From Minisyncoccia bacterium (lineage in GTDB: Bacteria > Patescibacteriota > Minisyncoccia > Phycocordibacterales > UBA918): a DNA stretch of 64,000 nucleotides. Shown here piece after piece: positions 10,500-20,377 of the stretch. The position numbers and the translations under genes are program-made. Within the stretch, counting starts at the first letter, position 1. Every line of letters starts with the position of its first letter. The notes beneath the pieces are model-generated. The model was not told the origin of the DNA. It saw nothing but the letters and a program-made list of their open reading frames with translations, and did no database searches. The stretch lies in assembly GCA_046598345.1 (NCBI GenBank), contig JBKJIT010000004.1, positions 2,499 through 66,498 of the forward strand, written 5' to 3'.

Positions 10500-12203
10500 A
10501 TGGCACGTACTCCAGTTGAAGAAATTAAAGAGAAACTTTCGATACTTGATGTCGTGGGCTCCTATGTCGAACTCCATAAAGCAGGGAAGCAATACAAAGG
10601 GAAGTCGCCGTTTACCGACGAGAAAACCCCATCGTTTTTTGTGTCGCCGGATCGGGGTATGTACTTTTGTTTCTCTTCACAGAAAGGGGGCGACATGTTT
10701 ACCTTCATCGAAGAAATGGAGGGTGTTGATTTTAAAGGTGCTTTAAAAATTCTTGCTGAAAAGGCGGGTGTGGAGCTTATCGTCGAAGATCCAAAATTGC
10801 GTGATGCACGCGAGCAGGAATACGCGCTACTCGAAGAAGCGACAAAGTTTTTTTATGACACGAGGCGCGCGCATCCTGAGGTAGAAAAATATATTACTGA
10901 ACGGGGCGTGACTGATGCAACAATGCTGGGTTGGCGAATCGGGTATGCGCCTGACGAATGGCGTGCACTTAAGGTACATCTCACCGAAAAGAAATATACC
11001 GAAGCACAGATGCAGAAAGCAGGCCTCATTAAAAAAACGGATCCAAATAAAGATTCGTACGATGTGTTCCGTGATCGTGTCATGTTTCCAATCAAGGATT
11101 CCTCGGGCCGCGTTGTTGCGTTCTCGGGCCGCACACTCAAAAAGGAGGACGGCATCCCAAAGTATGTGAACTCTCCTGAAACAGATCTCTATAAGAAATC
11201 AGAAATTCTCTATGGTTACGACATCGCTAAGCAGAAGATTCGTCAGTACGATTTCTCACTCATCGTGGAAGGTCAGTTTGATTTGGTAATGACGCACCAG
11301 GCGGGGTATGGAAATACTGTGGCTGTCTCAGGTACCGCGCTTACGCCTCATCACATCATGCTCCTTCAGCGGCTTTCAAACCGTGCAGTCCTCGCACTCG
11401 ACTCAGATCGTGCGGGCGTAAGCGCGGTAAAACGTTCTGCCGCAATCATGCTCGAGCGCGGTATGGACGTGAAAGTGGCGCGCCTGGAGGGAGGGAAGGA
11501 TCCTGCGGATATTATTAAGTCCGACCCAGCGCTCCTTAAGAAATTTGTAGGAAGCGCAGTTCATGTTGTCGACTTTCTCCTTGAAGTCCTTAAAAAGAAT
11601 TCGAAAGATGAGCGAACGTACAAGCTTCAGGTGCGTGAAGAAATTTTGCCACTTATTCTCTCAATCCCAAATCATATCGACCGCGAGCACTTTGCGGGCG
11701 TCGTGGGTGAGGCTACTCAAACCCGTGTGGATGCTATTCATTTGGAACTCGAACGATTGGCTGAAGCCGCTCAACTCGCGAAGCGGGAAGGTAAGAAAGA
11801 AACTCCACGCACACAGGCGCATTCCTCAGCAAAACGAACTGCTGACATTCTTGAATACCTCAGTGCTGTTGCCGCGCTCGGAGAAAGTGAACGCCCGGAG
11901 CTTACCAAGACAATTATGAAGCACCTAAAGGAATTTGGTGTAGTGAGGAAAGAAAACCTCTCGGAAAAAAGCCTTTTTACAGTTGAACAGTATCTCGAGA
12001 CGCTTTCACAAAAGGCACTTCTTGAAGATGTGAGTGACAAACTTACGTTGCTAGCGCATTCTGTAGCGAAGGAACGACTGAATGAACTTGGCGCACAACT
12101 TCGTGAGGCAGAGGGAGAAGAGAATGAAAAGAAAGTTGCTGAGATTTTAAAAGAAACAAAGAGCGCCGAATCCCTCCTTCAACAGAAGATATTCTTAGAA
12201 TAA
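10500..12203 (+). CDS. dnaG: DNA primase
   Basis: FRDRVMFPI, KYVNSPET, TOPRIM VEGQFD and LALDSDRAG, GKDPAD. Confidence 0.97.
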   Translation: MARTPVEEIKEKLSILDVVGSYVELHKAGKQYKGKSPFTDEKTPSFFVSPDRGMYFCFSSQKGGDMFTFIEEMEGVDFKGALKILAEKAGVELIVEDPKLRDAREQEYALLEEATKFFYDTRRAHPEVEKYITERGVTDATMLGWRIGYAPDEWRALKVHLTEKKYTEAQMQKAGLIKKTDPNKDSYDVFRDRVMFPIKDSSGRVVAFSGRTLKKEDGIPKYVNSPETDLYKKSEILYGYDIAKQKIRQYDFSLIVEGQFDLVMTHQAGYGNTVAVSGTALTPHHIMLLQRLSNRAVLALDSDRAGVSAVKRSAAIMLERGMDVKVARLEGGKDPADIIKSDPALLKKFVGSAVHVVDFLLEVLKKNSKDERTYKLQVREEILPLILSIPNHIDREHFAGVVGEATQTRVDAIHLELERLAEAAQLAKREGKKETPRTQAHSSAKRTADILEYLSAVAALGESERPELTKTIMKHLKEFGVVRKENLSEKSLFTVEQYLETLSQKALLEDVSDKLTLLAHSVAKERLNELGAQLREAEGEENEKKVAEILKETKSAESLLQQKIFLE

Positions 12204-12218
12204 AACAGGATAGAACAA

Positions 12219-12376
12219 TAAAAAAAGCCCCTTTCGAAATCGGGGCTTCGCTACTCTTCACGCATTCGTGAAGACAGGTTTCGGTCGGTTAGTGCATCGG
12301 TGCCTCCGTGAAGGTGAACAGGTTATGCAACGGGGGACTCGGACGTTGTCTGACGGCCGATATTTCGACTATAGCA
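12219..12376 (-). ncRNA. Candidate small RNA / mini-ORF unit between dnaG and rpoD
   Basis: Minus-strand TGcTATAGT, GGAGG-5 nt-ATG CAC TAA (12297-12289), internal hairpin, terminator 12219-12248. Confidence 0.45.
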
Positions 12377-12565
12377 TGAAATCTTTATGAAGGAGAGTAA
12401 AGAAGGGTACAACTTCAGTATGATCACGTATGTAATATTAATGAAGATCTAACGGCCGATAGGTATTACAGTAACGAAAAAACCATTTTAGAACTAAAAA
12501 CAAGGTAATTTGACACTCTACATGGACTGGACAATGTTGGGTTTTAATGTATAGTTGGGAACATT

Positions 12566-13867
12566 ATGCCAGCAAAAAAGCGTACGCAAAAGAATACACG
12601 TAGCGCATCGCCGAAAAAGAAAACGGCGAACAAGAAGCAAAAAACAACAACAAAGTCGCTCGCCACAAAAAAAGTGGTCACGAAGCGCAAAGTAGTAGCG
12701 AAGAAGGTTACTAAAAAACCACTGGCAAAGAAAACAACAAAAAAAGCTCCCGCACCGAAGAAACCAACAAAACCAGCAAAACTTTCAAAAGCAGATCAGG
12801 TACTCGAGGATAAGGCGCAAGTTCTACTTACAACAGGACGAACACGCGGGTATGTGACCTACGATGAAATTTTGAAGGAATTTCCTGAGATCGAAAACAA
12901 CGTACATTTTTTGGAGACTCTCTACGAACGCCTCGCAACGGCGTCTATTGATGTGCTTGGAAGTGGTGGCATGCTCGGTACTGAAGAGAGTGACAGTCAC
13001 ATGGACAAGAAGAATGTGTATCGTCGCAATGAGGGAAGTGGTTACGACTCTATTCAGATGTACCTCCGCGAAATTGGGCAGTACCCACTGCTTACCGGTC
13101 TTGAAGAACGCACACTTGCAAAGCGCATCGTTGATGGTGACGCAGAAGCGCGTAATCTTCTTGCACGCGCAAACCTCCGTCTCGTAGTTTCTATTGCAAA
13201 GAAGTACGTTGGACGCAGTCCTGACCTCACACTTCTCGACCTTATTCAGGAAGGGAACCTTGGTCTTTTTAAGGCCGTTGATAAATTCGACTTTACAAAG
13301 GGCTTCAAGTTTTCAACCTACGCAACGTGGTGGATCAGGCAAGCTATTACGCGTGCACTTGCCGATCAGTCCCGCACGATTCGTATTCCTGTGCACATGG
13401 TTGAAACGATGGCGAAGTACAAGCAGGTCTCACGTCGTTTGGCACAAGACTTAGGCCGCGATCCGATGGCAGAAGAAATTGCTACTGAAATGGGTGTTGA
13501 AGTGGAAAAAATCTACCAGATTGAAAAAATCAGTCAGGACACGATTTCACTCGAGCTTCCAATTGGAGACGAGGATGATCGTTCACGACTTTCAGACTTT
13601 ATTTCTGACGACAAGATCATGGCGCCAGACCAGGAAGTGGCGCATAGAATCTTGGCCGACCAGATGCAAGAGATTCTCGATACGCTTTCAGACAAGGAAC
13701 GAAAGATTCTCGAAATGCGACATGGACTACTCGACGGCACGTATCACACACTTGAAGAGGTGGGGAAGGAGTTTGGTGTTACACGAGAACGTATTCGGCA
13801 GATTGAGGCTAAGGCTTTGGAGAAAATACGCCAACACGAAAAAGCTCGAAGGTTGAAGAGCTATTAG
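12566..13867 (+). CDS. rpoD: Primary sigma factor sigma70 with Lys-rich N-terminal extension
   Basis: [56 protein letters not shown]. Confidence 0.98.
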   Translation: MPAKKRTQKNTRSASPKKKTANKKQKTTTKSLATKKVVTKRKVVAKKVTKKPLAKKTTKKAPAPKKPTKPAKLSKADQVLEDKAQVLLTTGRTRGYVTYDEILKEFPEIENNVHFLETLYERLATASIDVLGSGGMLGTEESDSHMDKKNVYRRNEGSGYDSIQMYLREIGQYPLLTGLEERTLAKRIVDGDAEARNLLARANLRLVVSIAKKYVGRSPDLTLLDLIQEGNLGLFKAVDKFDFTKGFKFSTYATWWIRQAITRALADQSRTIRIPVHMVETMAKYKQVSRRLAQDLGRDPMAEEIATEMGVEVEKIYQIEKISQDTISLELPIGDEDDRSRLSDFISDDKIMAPDQEVAHRILADQMQEILDTLSDKERKILEMRHGLLDGTYHTLEEVGKEFGVTRERIRQIEAKALEKIRQHEKARRLKSY

Positions 13868-13976
13868 TTCGGCGCATCTCTGCGTTGAAACATCGGATTC
13901 CTTTTCACCTTACAGTTGTAAGGCTCATACGTAATCCTCGTTTCGCCTTGACCTGCATCCGAAAATAGCTTTTCAA
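13853..13976. repeat. Rod-shaped imperfect inverted repeat, copy 2
   Basis: Terminal IR TTGAAGAGCTATT/AATAGCTTTTCAA; apex TCACC-TTAC-agtt-GTAA-GGCTC. Confidence 0.75.
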
Positions 13977-13980
13977 ACGG

Positions 13981-14012
13981 ACACAAAAACCGCCTAAGGG
14001 CGGTTTTTGTGT
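13981..14012. terminator. Terminator after rpoD
   Basis: ACACAAAAACCGCC-TAAG-GGCGGTTTTTGTGT. Confidence 0.8.
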
Positions 14013-14040
14013 AATTCTTCATGAAGCGTATAATTAGCGG

Positions 14041-14634
14041 ATGTTTGATTTAACTCCTGAGTGGACTTTGAAAATTTTTCTTTTGATTGTCATAACAGTG
14101 TTGTATGTTGCTGTTTTATTTAATTTTCTAAATAGACGAAATAGAAATAGACACCGGAATAAGATTTTTTTTGAAATATTAACCAGGGGCTTCAAAATAA
14201 AAAGTATTTCTTCCCTTCAAGATATTCTCCATCTTCATGGCGGAGTCTATAGATCGGGGAATGACGAAAAGCATAACAAAGGCCTAGTAGCATTGCTAGA
14301 AAGATATTTGGTGATTCTTACAATGAGCCGAGAAAAACCAGATTTCATATTGGAATGCCAACAAAAGATAAAAAGTTATATTGAAGTTGAGAAAAAGGGG
14401 TCGCCATTTACAGGACTGCCTGACAATGAAAGGAATATACTTCAAGATATGAGCAGATATCTTGAGATGGATGATAAATTGGCAGTTGAAGAAAAAATTC
14501 GAGAAATAAGCAATAATATAAAAGTTAGATACGACATCATAACTCAGCTTAAACATCAAAATCGCTGGTCAATACCAGCAGCAATTATGGGATTCATTAT
14601 CAACATTGTCTTTGCGGTCCTTTCTTTCTTTTAA
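14041..14634 (+). CDS. Hypothetical membrane protein (N- and C-terminal TM), AT-rich
   Basis: 197-aa ORF; TATAAT ends 6 nt before the ATG. Confidence 0.7.
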   Translation: MFDLTPEWTLKIFLLIVITVLYVAVLFNFLNRRNRNRHRNKIFFEILTRGFKIKSISSLQDILHLHGGVYRSGNDEKHNKGLVALLERYLVILTMSREKPDFILECQQKIKSYIEVEKKGSPFTGLPDNERNILQDMSRYLEMDDKLAVEEKIREISNNIKVRYDIITQLKHQNRWSIPAAIMGFIINIVFAVLSFF

Positions 14635-14685
14635 ATACGCGACATCAATTTCTTTCCTTTTTAACTTTACTAATCTAGTAATCAT

Positions 14686-15186
14686 ATGCATCCGGAGGAA
14701 TATTTAGATTTGGTTGATGAGAACGACGAGGTGATTGGGACTAGACTCCGATCGGAGATTTATGCTGAGGGACTAATGAACTTCCGGGTGATTAATGCCT
14801 TTCTCAAGAATTCGAAAGGAGAGCTTTGGATTCCTCGACGTACTGCACAGAAGGCAATTTATCCGCTTGCACTTGATTTTAGTGTTTCTGGACATGTTTC
14901 GAGTGGCGAGACATACGAAGAAGCTTTTGCAAAAGAAGTCAAAGAAGAAATTAATCTTGATGTTAGTGCAGTTCTATGGAGGGAAGTCGGGTACCTTACT
15001 CCAAAGGAAGGTTTTCGGAATTATTTAAAATTATTTGAGATACAGAGCGATGAAACTCCCGTATTTAATCAGGATGATTTTATCGAAGCCATGTGGCTGA
15101 CACCAGAAGCAATTCTTGAACTCCACGCAAAAGGCGAAGCAATGAAAGGAGACATTGTCACCATCATCAAACGGTTTTATTTTTAG
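14686..15186 (+). CDS. NUDIX hydrolase (IPP isomerase/YfcD-like)
   Basis: LDLVDENDEVIG, RRTAQK, SGHVSSGETYEEAFAKEVKEEIN. Confidence 0.85.
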   Translation: MHPEEYLDLVDENDEVIGTRLRSEIYAEGLMNFRVINAFLKNSKGELWIPRRTAQKAIYPLALDFSVSGHVSSGETYEEAFAKEVKEEINLDVSAVLWREVGYLTPKEGFRNYLKLFEIQSDETPVFNQDDFIEAMWLTPEAILELHAKGEAMKGDIVTIIKRFYF

Positions 15187-15237
15187 AAATAAAAAAGAGG
15201 GAAGCATTTGCTTCCCTCGGATTTGTTCTTGTTGGAA

Positions 15238-15573
15238 TTAAGTTGCAAGAAGGTTCAAAAATGTTTTTTGCCATGCGACACTGTCTTGCCATTCGTACCC
15301 TCTCGACGGAAGGAACTCGCTCACATCTACCAGCTCATCCGCAGAGTATCTTTCAGATTCTTCGGTGAGCATTTCCGGAAATAGCTTTTTCAATACGGGT
15401 CTCACTAGCTCGTTCAGGACGCAGTGAAAACCGGACATTGAATAGTAGTTGATTCCGGGAAAGAGCGTATTCACAAGCGGCATCAGCGAAGCAATTTTCA
15501 GCTCCTCTTGTGTAATCGCCCGAGTCTGGATGTCTGTGACGAGGGTCCAAACCAATGCTCTTTTGACCAGCAT
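15238..15573 (-). CDS. Orphan protein (SD-led unit)
   Basis: TTGACA-17-TACTTT, perfect GGAGGTGA SD, terminator at about 15190-15218. Confidence 0.7.
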   Translation of the reverse strand: MLVKRALVWTLVTDIQTRAITQEELKIASLMPLVNTLFPGINYYSMSGFHCVLNELVRPVLKKLFPEMLTEESERYSADELVDVSEFLPSRGYEWQDSVAWQKTFLNLLAT

Positions 15574-15711
15574 AATTCACCTCCATGAGTTGTAGGGGAA
15601 CATCAGTGCATACTGAGGATTAGAAAAGTACATTATTATTTTGATTTTGTCAATTACTTTAAAGCGTCATCATAAAAAGCTTCAGGTTCCAATGCTATAG
15701 CGAACCTAAAG

Positions 15712-15740
15712 TAACTACACAGGGTTACCCTGTGTAGTTA
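15712..15740. repeat. 29-bp palindrome (REP-like), copy 1
   Basis: TAACTACACAGGGT-T-ACCCTGTGTAGTTA. Confidence 0.8.
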
Positions 15741-15785
15741 TAGAGTCAGTAATCCATGAGGGGGAGTGTGTGGTACCATTTAAAA

Positions 15786-16826
15786 ATGAAAACCTACATA
15801 ATTTTTGCCTCGTTCATATTGTGCATGGTAACAATGTCTGAGGCAGAGGCCGCAGCACCAATTTTTCAAATAAATAATGCAAAGACCTCATATTACCAGA
15901 AAGAGAATCTTCAATTGAGTCTTTACATGGAGACGCCGCATGCTCCCATGACGGCCGCTTATTACATTGTGAACGAAAGTACTAATAAGGCGACTAAGCT
16001 TGGAGCCTTTGATCTCGAATCAATGTCAGCAGGATTTGGAGCAGGTTTAATTATTACGCAAGCGCCAGGTACATATCACTATCTTGCTGTCATTACTGAG
16101 GGAACAACAAAGACGAAATACATTACCCCAAAAATTACGATTCTGAGTCAAAGGCTAGCACCCCGACCGGAAATCCGTAATTTTATGTCTACGCTTCACG
16201 AAATTCCTTATTACGAGCAAACAACCGATCATGAATACCGACTATCGTTTCTATCGACTTCGTCGGAACAATTTAGTGATGTGATGAGTGAAATTAAGGC
16301 AAGTTGTTCGCGACCAGTCAGGTTGTATGAAAAAACAGGTTCTGTAAAATGTTCTAAAAGTGCAAAGACTATATTTAATGCGATTGGCAATAATTTTGAT
16401 GTAGGTTTCTTTATAGACGAGGATGATCTTCAAAAAGATGTTACGCTTCAACTCGAATACAAGCTTAGAAATCTTTCGGGAAAAGTACTTGATATTTTGA
16501 AGCTAAAAAGAATTCTTTCCAAAGATGCTGCAAAACACGATGCGATAATTAAAGTCAACCTTGCAAACATGAGAGCTGCTGCGGAGCTCCATTACGATGA
16601 AAAGAACAATACCTACTCAGGTCTTTGTTCTACGAAAGTAGGATTAGCGTACGACACGTTGCAGTTTCTCAAGAAGGAATTAGGGGAGGAAAGGTACTCG
16701 TGCGCTGTGTCTAATCAAGCCTATGCAATTTCTGCACCCCTTAGTACCGGCAAGTATCATTGCGTTGATAGCACAGGATTTTCAAATACTGTTAACTCTC
16801 TAATCAAAGGTACTACTTGCCAGTAA
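15786..16826 (+). CDS. Secreted protein with C-terminal pilin-like domain
   Basis: Sec-type signal (AEA-AA); C-term DAIIKVNLANMRAAAELHYD...C...AYAISAPL...CVDSTG resembles Parcubacteria pilin heads. Confidence 0.7.
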   Translation: MKTYIIFASFILCMVTMSEAEAAAPIFQINNAKTSYYQKENLQLSLYMETPHAPMTAAYYIVNESTNKATKLGAFDLESMSAGFGAGLIITQAPGTYHYLAVITEGTTKTKYITPKITILSQRLAPRPEIRNFMSTLHEIPYYEQTTDHEYRLSFLSTSSEQFSDVMSEIKASCSRPVRLYEKTGSVKCSKSAKTIFNAIGNNFDVGFFIDEDDLQKDVTLQLEYKLRNLSGKVLDILKLKRILSKDAAKHDAIIKVNLANMRAAAELHYDEKNNTYSGLCSTKVGLAYDTLQFLKKELGEERYSCAVSNQAYAISAPLSTGKYHCVDSTGFSNTVNSLIKGTTCQ

Positions 16827-16872
16827 GTTATAAAAAATCGTCCTTTTAAGTTTTCACGGCCAGAAAACAGCA

Positions 16873-16901
16873 GTAACTACACAGAGTTACCCTGAGTTAT
16901 A
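16873..16901. repeat. Degenerate copy 2 of the 15712 palindrome
   Basis: GTAACTACACAGAGTTACCCTGAGTTATA: one substitution and a 3-nt deletion relative to copy 1. Confidence 0.7.
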
Positions 16902-16919
16902 AACTAATAGGATAATCGT

Positions 16920-17396
16920 ATGAAACGACTACCGATATTTTTTTTGCAAATTGTCATTGTGCTTTTTGTCATTGGGGTTTTTGTTGCGTTGCTTGTTGAG
17001 CCGCATTTTGAAGGGCGAAACGTTGGCGCGACATGGTTTCAGATTTATTTCAAAGACCCTTTTTTGGCGTATGTGTATCTTGGGTCAATTCCATTTTTTG
17101 TAGGATGCTTTCAGGTATTTAAGGTTCTTACATATATAGGAGAAAATAATGCTTTCTCACCTGCTACGTTGAATGCTGTACGAATCATAAAGAAATGTGC
17201 TCTCATTAATGCGGGTGCCGTCTTTACCGCAATAGTCTTCCTTGTGGCTGCCTCATCCTTCAATAATGAAGACGCCGCTGGCGCCGTAATGCTGGGTCTG
17301 ATTGTTACGCTTATCTCCCTTATCGCTGTAGCGGTAGCTTCAATATTCGAAGGGATTTTAAAAAATGGTATCAATCTTTTTGAAGGTAAAAAATAA
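16920..17396 (+). CDS. DUF2975-family membrane protein
   Basis: 4 TM; LTYIGENNAFS...IKKCA pattern. Confidence 0.75.
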   Translation: MKRLPIFFLQIVIVLFVIGVFVALLVEPHFEGRNVGATWFQIYFKDPFLAYVYLGSIPFFVGCFQVFKVLTYIGENNAFSPATLNAVRIIKKCALINAGAVFTAIVFLVAASSFNNEDAAGAVMLGLIVTLISLIAVAVASIFEGILKNGINLFEGKK

Positions 17397-17478
17397 GGGA
17401 GTGGGATACGTCACGATATAGAATAGTACGATCGATCGTGCTATCTTGCATCACGGGTTTATTTGCTATTATTTAAAG

Positions 17479-17889
17479 ATGAAATACGAACTAAAACCAA
17501 AATCGTTTTTAATGCCTATTGTGTTTGGGGTGGCGGGGTGGATGTTGTTTGATAGTTTTGCGGCGGGAGTTGCAGCATTTGCGCTCATGCTTCTCCCGGC
17601 CATTATCGAAGTGTATGTTCCATATGCGAAAGATAATCCAGAGCACCTCTGGTTTAAGCGGAAACTGTACGGCTGGGGTTGGACGCCAGTTACCTGGCAG
17701 GGTTGGCTCGTGACATTTGTGTATGTCGGACTCGTGGCACTCTTTGCGCTTACCATTGATGACACTTCTCCAAGACGCGAAGTATTCCTTTCTTTTGTTT
17801 TGCCATTACTCATTCTCACAACGTGTTTCCTCCGCATCGCATACAAGAAGGGCGAAACACCCAAATGGCAGTGGGGAAGAAAGAAATAA
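17479..17889 (+). CDS. Hypothetical membrane protein
   Basis: WFKRKLYGWGWTPVTWQGW motif and C-terminal PKWQWG. Confidence 0.75.
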   Translation: MKYELKPKSFLMPIVFGVAGWMLFDSFAAGVAAFALMLLPAIIEVYVPYAKDNPEHLWFKRKLYGWGWTPVTWQGWLVTFVYVGLVALFALTIDDTSPRREVFLSFVLPLLILTTCFLRIAYKKGETPKWQWGRKK

Positions 17890-17960
17890 CCGTTTCTTCA
17901 TGAATAATTAGCTGCGCCGAGGCCCGGCCTAGGCAATAAGTGTATGGTTAATAACATTAG

Positions 17961-17993
17961 CAACAAAAAACCGCCCGAAGGCGGTTTTTTGTT
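17961..17993. terminator. Bidirectional terminator
   Basis: AACAAAAAACCGCC-CGAA-GGCGGTTTTTGTT between convergent genes. Confidence 0.8.
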
Positions 17994-18007
17994 TGACAAA
18001 TTGGATC

Positions 18008-18724
18008 CTAATTTACCCAACCGGTCTCTGTTGGAACTTCGTAGAAACGAAATTGTGCAAGCTTGAGGCCGTTGTTGTCATAGTCCCAGAAAAATTCCTC
18101 TGCTTCAACCCCGAAGAGAGGAACCTGAGTCACGTTGGTACATTCATCTGCGGTGAATACACCGTCACCATTTGTGTCAGTGAACTCAGTGCAGTAATCA
18201 ACGTAGAGAAGGTCTCTGCTGACATTCTCGAATGTTGACTTACCTGTAGTGCGTTCAATCTCAATTTGACTTACGCCACCATCGAAATCAACGGCACACC
18301 ATGTGCCGGTTGAATCTGTGTAGCATGATTGCATGAGTGCACTTCCACCTGGTTTCCCAAGTGCGCGGACATACACTGAATACTCAGTGGTTCCATCGCC
18401 ATCAGGGTCAGGGTTTGGAAGCTGGAATGATGCACCGTTTGCATCAGTACCATTCGCGTCAAGAACTGTATAGTCACCTTCTGTAAGAAGGATTTTCGCT
18501 TTACCTGTGAGAGGTACAAAGATGCGGTGGCCATTGTTTCCAGTCATGTCCGCAGTTTTGTCCTTGGGAACGCCAATAATATTAAGGTTGTAATGAGCAC
18601 CACTTGGTGCACCATTGCCGGTCTCACCGACTGCCGCGCTGGATGTAAACGGAATAAGGGAAACGAGAAGTGTGAGCAGTACGAAGGCTGCTAAACCTAT
18701 ACTGCCCGCTTTTGTAAGAACCAT
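18008..18724 (-). CDS. Secreted hypothetical protein with DxDGDG Ca-binding-like motifs
   Basis: Signal peptide; GNGAPSGAHYNLNIIGV; DPDGDG and DTNGDG. Confidence 0.8.
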   Translation of the reverse strand: MVLTKAGSIGLAAFVLLTLLVSLIPFTSSAAVGETGNGAPSGAHYNLNIIGVPKDKTADMTGNNGHRIFVPLTGKAKILLTEGDYTVLDANGTDANGASFQLPNPDPDGDGTTEYSVYVRALGKPGGSALMQSCYTDSTGTWCAVDFDGGVSQIEIERTTGKSTFENVSRDLLYVDYCTEFTDTNGDGVFTADECTNVTQVPLFGVEAEEFFWDYDNNGLKLAQFRFYEVPTETGWVN

Positions 18725-18962
18725 AGTTATTATTATTGTTTAATTACTAATAATAATACCTCCAAAAAACTTGCCGCAGGCTAGCTCTGCGGCTTTGTAA
18801 GTGTAGGGAACTTCATCAGCTCTGTATATTGACATACGATCATTACGTTCTTTAAAGATGGCAGAGTGTAAGGGTGAGAAAAAATTTTCTAAGCACAGGA
18901 CACACTTCATAACTTTGCAACATACAAAGTCATGTATTTTGATTGTTTAGTACGTTTTGGAG

Positions 18963-19088
18963 ATGCTTGAAACTTTCCGAGGAAAGACCTTGGGCATGGG
19001 TATCCGCTTTAAGAAGATCGAAGACGTAGATTTAAAGGCACTCGAAAAAGTCCTCAAACTAGCCGCCAGAGATCCCGGCTTTAATTAA
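18963..19088 (+). pseudogene. C-terminal remnant of a DUF1801-like protein
   Basis: MLETFRGKTLGMGIRFKKIEDVDLKALEKVLKLAARDPGFN*; IRFKKxED motif with the N-terminus absent. Confidence 0.5.
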
Positions 19089-19158
19089 TATCTTCATGAA
19101 CAAGTTTCTATAGGCTGTGGTACAGTTGAGCCTTACTCCGCAATAACTATCACTATAT

Positions 19159-19494
19159 ATGCAAAAATTTCTAGTTCACTTTATTGCTCCAGGGTCCATG
19201 ATGGACGAATGGATGAAAACTCCTCAAGAAGAACGTGAAGCACAGGAGAAGAAAATGAAGGAAGAGTGGGGCGCGTGGACTGGAGCACACAGCGATCTTA
19301 TTAAAGAGACAACAGGAGCAGGGAAGACGAAGAAGGTTACTTCAGAGGGAGTTTCAGATTCACGAAATGATCTCATGCTTTACTCAATAGTTGAAGCTGA
19401 GTCACATGAGGCAGCAGCAAAAGCCTTTGAAGGACACCCACACTTTGGTATTCCAGGAGCAACAATCGAGGTCATGACCACTCGGGCGATGTAA
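19159..19494 (+). CDS. YCII-related protein
   Basis: YSIVEAESHEAAAKAFEGHPH...IEVM. Confidence 0.75.
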   Translation: MQKFLVHFIAPGSMMDEWMKTPQEEREAQEKKMKEEWGAWTGAHSDLIKETTGAGKTKKVTSEGVSDSRNDLMLYSIVEAESHEAAAKAFEGHPHFGIPGATIEVMTTRAM

Positions 19495-19615
19495 GACAAG
19501 AGTACAAATCAAAGATTCCCGAGTTCACTCGGGAATTTTTGATTGTCATAATTCTGAGACCATACTAAACCATCTGTTGATGGAAACGGCTGGTTTTATA
19601 GTAGAGTGTAGAAGT

Positions 19616-19822
19616 ATGTTTGAATCAAGTAATTTTAAAAGTGAAAAGGTGAGAGAAGCGGAACTCATAGCGGAAGTTGAGGAGTCATGGGCTGTGCTTG
19701 AAAAAGCAATTGATACGTTGGGCAAAATGAGGCCGCACCCTGAGGTTATTTTGAAACTACGAATACGATACGAGAATGCCATGAAGGCCCTTCAGGATTT
19801 TAGAGAAGCTGAGCAAAAGTGA
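19616..19822 (+). CDS. Small helical hypothetical protein
   Basis: 68-aa ORF after a TATAGT box. Confidence 0.5.
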   Translation: MFESSNFKSEKVREAELIAEVEESWAVLEKAIDTLGKMRPHPEVILKLRIRYENAMKALQDFREAEQK

Positions 19823-19923
19823 TAATAAGAAATTAAACGCTTTAATTAACCATAAAAAAGTTGTTTATTTCTAAAATCTCGTATAGTATCCCGGCAGATC
19901 GATAGAGAGGAAAGGGGTGAACT

Positions 19924-20322
19924 GTGGTTGAAGAAGATACGTTTCTATACCTAAAGACGAAGCTCCAGAAAGCACGAAAGTATCATCTCTGTGTTGAGTG
20001 TAAGAAATGGATTGTGAGAGGTACCACGTACCGTTTCAACTCATGTGCGTTTCTCCCTCGGGGCAGGTCGCAGCCATTTCATGACTCCGCAAAGATGTGC
20101 GTGCACTGTCACAAAGATTGGGAAACCCTTCTTGCTGCGGAGTATATGCACACTCCATACGTCCCCATAAAGCACTATGGAGGACTGCACATGCGCATTT
20201 TGAACGCGCATGAGAACGGTTGGCTTCAAAAGATAAAAGAGCAACGACTCTACAACCGGTATCGTCGGGAAAAGTTTCCCCGCCAACCTGAACCCCTCCA
20301 GATGAGCCTCGTGCTCACCTGA
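19924..20322 (+). CDS. Orphan zinc-ribbon protein (SD-led unit)
   Basis: KARKxHxCxEC...CxxC; SD GAGGAAAGGGGTG; terminator right after the stop. Confidence 0.7.
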   Translation: MVEEDTFLYLKTKLQKARKYHLCVECKKWIVRGTTYRFNSCAFLPRGRSQPFHDSAKMCVHCHKDWETLLAAEYMHTPYVPIKHYGGLHMRILNAHENGWLQKIKEQRLYNRYRREKFPRQPEPLQMSLVLT

Positions 20323-20377
20323 ACCCGCCTACCATAGGCGGGATTTGTTTTGTAAAACGCAATGATACTATGTACAT

